DNA of 62,959 nucleotides, filler included, from Aduncisulcus paluster (lineage: Eukaryota), in assembly GCA_024181965.1 (NCBI GenBank). It is 33 parts of 33 records of this genome, joined end to end, with 100 filler letters (N's around TTAATTAATTAA, not from the genome) between each part and the next. Parts side by side here need not be neighbours in the genome. Positions count along the whole stretch, not along the records: positions 55,828 to 60,675 come from BQXS01001037.1; positions 60,776 to 61,857 come from BQXS01001038.1; positions 61,958 to 62,959 come from BQXS01001039.1; 30 more parts are not named here. One strand, written 5' to 3'. The notes beneath the pieces are model-generated. The model was not told where the DNA came from. It saw only the letters and a program-made list of their open reading frames with translations, and did not search any database. This document shows, piece by piece, positions 56,605-62,959 of the stretch (the first letter of the stretch is position 1; every line of letters begins with the position of its first letter). The position numbers were made by a program, and so were the translations under genes.

Positions 56605-57324
56605 ATGACACAAGGTATACATCAATTAACAGCAAGTATGGTAAATCAACTTAACAGGGTTGATGTGATCTCAAACAATCTTGCAAATGCAAATACTGTA
56701 GGATTTAAAGAAGATAACTTAGCAGAAGGTTCTTTTAATAGATATTTAAAAACTCAAATTGAAAAAGATGAAGTGATAGATAAAGAAAGCTTTGTTATGG
56801 ATACTATTCCAAAAATAGATTCAAAATTCAAAGATGACTCAATTGGTGCGCTTATTGAAACGGGTAATAATCTTGATTTTGCTATTAAAGATAAAAATAT
56901 GTTTTTTAAAGTGCAAAACAATCAAGGTGATGTAGAATATACTAGAGATGGTTCTTTTAAAGTTATTGATGGTGAATTAATAACTCAAAATGGTTATAAA
57001 GTCTTAAATGCCAATAATGGGGCAATTGATATCAATGACCCTCAATTTAAGCAAAATATAGCACTTGTTTCTACTGAGTTTAAAAATCTTGAAAATATTG
57101 GAAATAATAATTATAAAGCAATTGATGAGAATAATATTGTTCAAGTAGCAGAGAATGAAACTTTTTTATTGCAAAGTACATTAGAAAAAAGTAATGTAAA
57201 TACAATCAAAACAATGGTAGGTCTTATAGAGGCACAAAGAAAATTTGAACAGTCGCAAAAAGCAATTACTGGAATAGATACAATTAATGCAAAAGTAATA
57301 GAATCTATTGGTAATGGAAGATAA
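56605..57324 (+). CDS. Flagellar basal-body rod protein (FlgF/FlgG family)
   Basis: ISNNLANANTVGFK, TGNNLDFAI, YTRDGSF, LEKSNVN. Confidence 0.9.
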   Translation: MTQGIHQLTASMVNQLNRVDVISNNLANANTVGFKEDNLAEGSFNRYLKTQIEKDEVIDKESFVMDTIPKIDSKFKDDSIGALIETGNNLDFAIKDKNMFFKVQNNQGDVEYTRDGSFKVIDGELITQNGYKVLNANNGAIDINDPQFKQNIALVSTEFKNLENIGNNNYKAIDENNIVQVAENETFLLQSTLEKSNVNTIKTMVGLIEAQRKFEQSQKAITGIDTINAKVIESIGNGR

Positions 57325-57415
57325 TAGGTAGAGCNNNNNNNNNNNNNNNNNNNNNNNNNNNNNNNNNNNNNNNNNNNNNNNNNNNNNNNNNNNNNNNAGA
57401 TAATAGGTAGAGCCG

Positions 57416-57820
57416 ATGCATGCAAGTAGTGTTACAGAACTTTTATTTCAACAATTAAATTTTCGAGGAGAAAGACAAAAAGTTATATCTTCGAATATTG
57501 CAAATATAGATACACCTGAATATAAAACGAAAAATCTTAAATTTAAAGATACATTACAGAAAACAAAAGAAGAAAGTAATCTACAACTTGCACAAACACA
57601 TAGTCAACATATGGCATTGTCTTTTTCTGACAAAAAGAGTGATTTTGAAGTTTATGAAGTAAAAGGTCTTGTTGAGCAAAATGATGGAAATAATGTTAAC
57701 CTTGATGCTCAAATGAGTGAGATGTCAAAAAACAATGTGATGTTTTCAGCAATTCAAAGTTCAATTAAAAAAGACTCTGCATGGTTTAAAACTATGATTG
57801 ATGCTTCAAGTAAAAATTAA
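57416..57820 (+). CDS. flgB: Flagellar basal-body rod protein FlgB
   Basis: RQKVISSNIANIDTPEYK, DGNNVNLD. Confidence 0.95.
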   Translation: MHASSVTELLFQQLNFRGERQKVISSNIANIDTPEYKTKNLKFKDTLQKTKEESNLQLAQTHSQHMALSFSDKKSDFEVYEVKGLVEQNDGNNVNLDAQMSEMSKNNVMFSAIQSSIKKDSAWFKTMIDASSKN

Positions 57821-57836
57821 ATAGGAAATAGTATAT

Positions 57837-59585
57837 ATGGAACAAATTTTTAAGTTTATCAATAATCTTAATTCAGCTCAAAGGGCAGTAATTATAGGTG
57901 GTTTTTCAGTATTATTTCTATTTTTAATTGGATTATTGATTTATTCTAATGTAAAGGCAAAAGATGAAGAACTTAATTATACTATTGCTACAAATTTAAC
58001 AAAAACACAAGTTATGCTTGCAAGTAGTGAGCTTGATGCTTCTTCTATCCCTTATTCTATTGTTGGTTCTGGAAATAATTTAACTTTGAAAACAAATAAA
58101 AATAGTATCAATATTGCGAAAATCAAACTAGTAACAAGTGATGCGTCAACTACAAAACATACCGGATGGGAAATTTTTGATAAAAGTTCACTTGGTACAA
58201 CAAATTTTGAAAATAAAGTAAAATATTTAAGAGCACTTGAGGGTGAACTAGGTCGTTCTCTAGAGTCAATTAGTGGTATATTATCTGCTTCAGTTAAAAT
58301 TGCAATTCCCAAAGAATCGGTATTTACACAAAGAAAAACAGATCCTACAGCATCGGCTGTTCTAAATTTAAGAGAAGGAACAGCTTTATCTCAAAGACAA
58401 ATTGAAGGAATCAAAAATTTTATAGCTTCCGCAATTCCAAAATTGAAACCAGAAAATATAAAACTTATTAATCAAAACGGTTCACTTCTGGAAAATAATC
58501 CAGAAAGTATGGAGAGTTTAAAATATATCGAACATGAAAAATATAAAACTAAACTTGAAAATGACTATGAAAATAAAATAAAAGATTTACTATTACCATT
58601 TTTAGGTGATCAAAGAGTTGTTGCAAAGGTATCTATTGAATTAGATTTTACGAAACAAGAAATAAATCAAGAGATATATGAACCAGAAGGAACTATTAGA
58701 AGTCAGCAAACTACAGAAATCGCAGCACAGTCAGATGCAAAAGAACCTCAAACAGGTGGAGTTCCAGGCGCTGAAAGTAATATTGAAGATCCCGACAATG
58801 ACAATAATTTAAAAACAAAAAAAACTTCTAAAGAGGAAGCAAAAAATGTTACAAATTATGAGATTTCAAAAAAAATAATTAGTCAAAGAAACAATGCTTA
58901 TGCAGGTATCTCAAAAATTACAGCAGCTGTTACTTATGATTCTGCTGTATTAGAAAAAGTAGAAAATAAAGAAGAGTTTGTTACTAGTTTAAATTCTATA
59001 GTTCAAGTTGCTATTGGATATAGAGAAAATAGAGGCGATAGTGTTACTGTAAAATCTTTTAAATTTATTGGCCTACAACCATTTGGCACAAAACCTGAAG
59101 ATATGGTAAATGAAGAAGATAGTTTAGGTTTATTTAGTACTCAAGCTATGATCAAAGAATATGGTGAGTATATTCAGTATCTTATAGCAATGATATTATT
59201 ATNNNNNNNNNNNNNNNNNNNNNNNNNNNNNNNNNNNNNNNNNNNNNNNNNNNNNNNNNNNNNNNNNNNNNNNNTTTTTTACAAAAAATTTATCGCAAAT
59301 AATGAAATTTCTCTTGCAAGTGGGGCGGGAAATGCTAATGGAGAAGGAAGCGAAGAGTATGAAAACTTGTTTGATGAATTTGATGCCCGAACTGAACAAA
59401 GTAAACTAAAAGCAAAAGTTAAAAGCCAGATTTTGAGTAATTTAGATGGATTAAGTGCTGAAGAGTCTGCAAAATATGAAGTTCTTATTGAGCAAATTGA
59501 GAAAAGTGTAAGTGACCATCCTGAAGATATAGCACAGATGATATTGATGTTATTGAACGAGGGTGGCAGTAAATTACAATCATAG
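57837..59585 (+). CDS. fliF: Flagellar MS-ring protein FliF
   Basis: GWEIFDK, RALEGEL, PTASAVL, GGVPGAESN, NYEIS. Confidence 0.95.
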   Translation: MEQIFKFINNLNSAQRAVIIGGFSVLFLFLIGLLIYSNVKAKDEELNYTIATNLTKTQVMLASSELDASSIPYSIVGSGNNLTLKTNKNSINIAKIKLVTSDASTTKHTGWEIFDKSSLGTTNFENKVKYLRALEGELGRSLESISGILSASVKIAIPKESVFTQRKTDPTASAVLNLREGTALSQRQIEGIKNFIASAIPKLKPENIKLINQNGSLLENNPESMESLKYIEHEKYKTKLENDYENKIKDLLLPFLGDQRVVAKVSIELDFTKQEINQEIYEPEGTIRSQQTTEIAAQSDAKEPQTGGVPGAESNIEDPDNDNNLKTKKTSKEEAKNVTNYEISKKIISQRNNAYAGISKITAAVTYDSAVLEKVENKEEFVTSLNSIVQVAIGYRENRGDSVTVKSFKFIGLQPFGTKPEDMVNEEDSLGLFSTQAMIKEYGEYIQYLIAMILLXXXXXXXXXXXXXXXXXXXXXXXXXFYKKFIANNEISLASGAGNANGEGSEEYENLFDEFDARTEQSKLKAKVKSQILSNLDGLSAEESAKYEVLIEQIEKSVSDHPEDIAQMILMLLNEGGSKLQS

Positions 59586-59600
59586 GAAAAGGTAAAAAAG

Positions 59601-60646
59601 ATGATAAAAGAAACAACAAAAAATACTATTGAAGGTATGCCTATGATTGAAAGAGTTGCGCATTTTTGTGTCCTTATAGGAGAAGAAGCAACTGTAAAAA
59701 TCTTTCAAAGTTTGCCAAAAGAGGTTGTAGAAGATTTATCTATAGCAATTACTCAAATTAGATCAATNNNNNNNNNNNNNNNNNNNNNNNNNNNNNNNNN
59801 NNNNNNNNNNNNNNNNNNNNNNNNNNNNNNNNNNNNNNNNNNNNNNNNNNNNNNNNNNNNNNNNNNNNNNNNNNNNNNNNNNNNNNNNNNNNNNNNNNNN
59901 NNNNNNNNNNNNNNNNNNNNNNNNNNNNNNAAGCAGATAAAGTGTTGGCAAAACTAGCAAGGTTACAAGAAGCAAAACAAGCTTTTTCATATCTTGATAA
60001 TATTGACCCTAAACAACTTGCTGATTTTATTAAAGATGAATCTCCTCAAACTATTGCTGTTGTATTGGCACACATGGATGCCGAAGATGCGTCAATGGTT
60101 TTATCAAAACTAGATGATACTTTAAAAGTTAAAATATCTATGCAGATGGCAACTATAAAAGATGTTTCCCCAAGTATTGTACAATCTATGTCAAAAGTTT
60201 TGGAGAAAAAATTAGAATCATTATTAGCTTCTATTGTAACTGTAGGTGGTGTTAAAACAGTAGCTGATATGCTCAATAAAATGGGTTCAAAATCAACAGA
60301 AATTTTGGAAAATATTCAAGGTTTGGATCCTCAATTAGCAGCGAAAATAAAAGAAAATATGTTTGTATTTGAAGATCTTCTTGCTCTTGATACAAATGAT
60401 ATTATGAAAGTTTTAGGTAATATTGAAACAGAAGATTTAACTATTGCTTTAAAAAATGCAACTGAAGAAGATATGGCAATTATCATGGGATCGATGTCTC
60501 AAAGAGCAAGAGATAGATTTAAAGAAGAGTTTGAAATGCTTGGAAGAACGAAGATAAAAGATATTGAAGATGCTCAACGAAAAATATTAGATGTTGCGAT
60601 GGGACTCTTAGAAAGTGGCGAAATCGAACGAATTGATGAGGAATAA
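59601..60646 (+). CDS. fliG: Flagellar motor switch protein FliG (N gap inside)
   Basis: ESPQTIAVVLAH, GGVKTVADMLN, MFVFEDL, MSQRA. Confidence 0.95.
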
Positions 60647-60775
60647 TTATGACAGGAAATAATGTAAATACAACANNNNNNNNNNNNNNNNNNNNNNNNN
60701 NNNNNNNNNNNNNNNNNNNTTAATTAATTAANNNNNNNNNNNNNNNNNNNNNNNNNNNNNNNNNNNNNNNNNNNN

Positions 60776-61296
60776 CAACGAAGAGTGGGAGATTACTATG
60801 GAACATGAAGATACTGAAGGATTGAGACCTGACATTGAAATTAAAACTCCAACGCACAAGTGGTGGGTGGATGTCTCAATTACCTATGAAGATGCCACCT
60901 TATTCTCTATCGAAAAAAGATTCAATGAAAAACAGAGCAAGTATGGACCAGATGGAGCTGGCATAATCATTGGTCATTCTGGCATTATGCATAAAAAATC
61001 AATGAACTTCTTGAACGAGATCGGCATGTCGAAGAGAAAAGCTGAACAAACGGCCTTCACTCTGGGAGCAATTGTCCTGAAGCATACAGCAAGAATAATG
61101 GCTGCATATATAAACGGATGATCCCATATGCTAGACTTGAATATATCAAAACACCCTTCCATGAGTTCAGTGCCTAACAACACTATTTTCTATTGCTATT
61201 TACTTGTTATTTTATATCTTAAATTAAAATTAGTGTTAAGAAACACTACTTTCTAATAATATTTTTCCCAAAAAAAAAAAAAACAACAACAAAAAA
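60776..61296 (+). mobile_element. 3' end of an RLE-type non-LTR retrotransposon: endonuclease domain (stop 61121), AT-rich 3' UTR and A-rich tail
   Basis: E..GLRPDI...VDVSITYE...EKQSKY (PD-D-KxxKY motif); A14-CAACAAC-A6 at 61270-61296. Confidence 0.75.
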
Positions 61297-61665
61297 TACT
61301 ATCCCATCAACATCTCCTCAATCCTATATAAGAACAGGGTTTCATATTCTTCTTTCCTCTATTCAACTTTATTTTATTTTACTCTATAACATCGTTTTAA
61401 ATATCCTTCCTCTACTACTCTCCAACTCTGCATAACTTTCTTCCTTCCTTTACTGACGTCTTCTCTTCCTTCTGAACCACCCACATCCATCTTAAGAAAA
61501 ACACCTTCGCTCTGTCAAGTATTGTTGTGAGTGGGTGTGAAGATGAGGGAAGAGAAGACCTCTCAGCTTCCAATGACGGGCTGTGCGCCTCAAACTCGCC
61601 CCAGGAGCTCTCGCTCTAGGCCGGTCTATTATGTTATTACAAATAAACTGTTACTACTATACTGT

Positions 61666-61857
61666 ACTATCTCTCTCCTTTACACTCTCTTTTACTTCTT
61701 CATACATCACATCTGCCATCTGATATGACACTGTCACCCCAAGTTTTGATGTTGATTACACTCGTTACTATCTATTATCACTACTGTTATCCCTGTTTGC
61801 TATGCATTCAATCACTATCTCTCTCCTTTACACTCTCTTTTACTTCTTCATACATCA
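61666..61857. repeat. 44-bp direct repeat (61666-61709, 61814-61857)
   Basis: ACTATCTCTCTCCTTTACACTCTCTTTTACTTCTTCATACATCA occurs twice. Confidence 0.85.
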
Positions 61858-61957
61858 NNNNNNNNNNNNNNNNNNNNNNNNNNNNNNNNNNNNNNNNNNN
61901 NTTAATTAATTAANNNNNNNNNNNNNNNNNNNNNNNNNNNNNNNNNNNNNNNNNNNN

Positions 61958-62959
61958 TACTTAAAATGATCACACCAACAGCAATAACAGCTCCTGGAAT
62001 AGAGTATCCTAAAGTAGCAATTTTTAAAAGATATTTCATATACTTATTATCAAAAATTCTTGCACTATATCCTAAGATAATTGCAATCATTACTATCAAC
62101 AAAGCAGAAATAGAAGCAGCAAAAAAACTATTTAAAATAGTTTGAACATACTCCTCATCTAAAACAAAAGCATAATGTATTAGTGAGTATTTTACTATCC
62201 AGATAATTGGAATCAAAAAACCAAAAGTAAATGGTATAAGTAAAAATCCGATGATAAGTATCTGACCTACTAAATTTGTTTTTATTTTTTTTATAGGAGT
62301 TGATACAGATTCTACTTTATATCGAGCCCCTCCTCTATTAAACTTTTCTATAATAAGTATAGTAAAAACCATTGCCATTGCAATAGTAGAGATATACGCG
62401 GCGCTATTTGCGTCATTGAGTCCAAACCAAGCTGTAAATACAGCAGTACTCAAAGTATCTACTCCAAAATATTTTACCAAACCATATTCACTAATAGTTT
62501 CCATCATCACCAAAGACAATGCCCCAATAATAGCAGGTCGTGAAAGTGGTAATATAATTTTATAAAATATTTTAAATCTACCAATCCCTAATGATAAGGC
62601 AGGATTTAATAAAAAGCTAGAATGTTTTGAAAAAGAAGATTTCACAATAAGATAAATATATGGATAAAGCGCCAAAGCTAAAATAATAATAACCGACTTC
62701 ATATTTAAAACATCAAAGTAATCTTTGATTCCCATATCTCTTAAAAAAAGATGTAGGGGTCCATAAAACCCTAAAATATCAGAATAGATAAATCCTAAAA
62801 TATAAGAAGGGATAATAAATGGTAAAATAAGTACTATAGAAAAAAACTTAGAAAACCGAAAGTTATAAAAAGTTACAAAATACGCACTTCCTACTCCAAA
62901 AATTAAACTTAGACTACAAACACCTGCTAATAAAATTAGCGTGTTTATAATATAGTCAT
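61958..62959 (-). CDS. Fe(III) ABC transporter permease (FbpB-like), internal fragment
   Basis: LALYPYIY, LPLSRPAI, METISEYG..YFGVDT, LGYSIPGAVIAVG. Confidence 0.9.

Noticed and set aside
57320-57415. Direct repeat GATAATAGGTAGAGC on both sides of an N gap
   Set aside because: Unmerged contig overlap within a scaffold, not a real duplication.
1471-61957. Recurrent TTAATTAATTAA flanked by Ns as a biological repeat; ORFs ending in ...LIN or ...XN
   Set aside because: Synthetic six-frame-stop contig linker; ORF ends at these sites are artefacts.

Overview
This is not a contiguous locus. It is an artificial concatenation of 33 short, unrelated contigs joined by a 100-bp spacer (N-run + TTAATTAATTAA + N-run), so no synteny across spacers is meaningful. 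The inferred sources are: (1) a divergent anaerobic protist, probably a fornicate/Carpediemonas-like organism (Aduncisulcus-like by my recollection of its protein families, unverified), giving 18S rRNA, BiP, a kinase, a stand-alone voltage-sensor protein, and Helitron, Ty3/gypsy, Tc1 and RLE non-LTR elements; (2) an AT-rich Campylobacterota/Arcobacteraceae (nuoMN, fliDS, carB, mnmA, metY, a diguanylate cyclase, serS, flagellar genes, an Fe ABC permease); (3) Desulfovibrionaceae; (4) a clostridial firmicute (dxs-tlyA); (5) GC-rich Bradyrhizobium-like and Mycobacterium-like fragments. The richest piece is an 8.4-kb Firmicutes plasmid-like contig (5633-14073). It carries a Rep gene with an antisense-RNA/attenuator leader, an AbiF/Abi_2 HEPN nuclease with a structured upstream RNA (type III TA-like), a res site and resolvase, and a pSK1-Par-like gene whose putative binding repeats run into its own CDS. 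It also carries an unannotated ~70-nt sRNA, a dispersed palindromic repeat family flanking the Abi module, and a tyrosine recombinase preceded by a highly structured region (candidate atypical relaxase + oriT). Family assignments are from motif recognition, not database searches.
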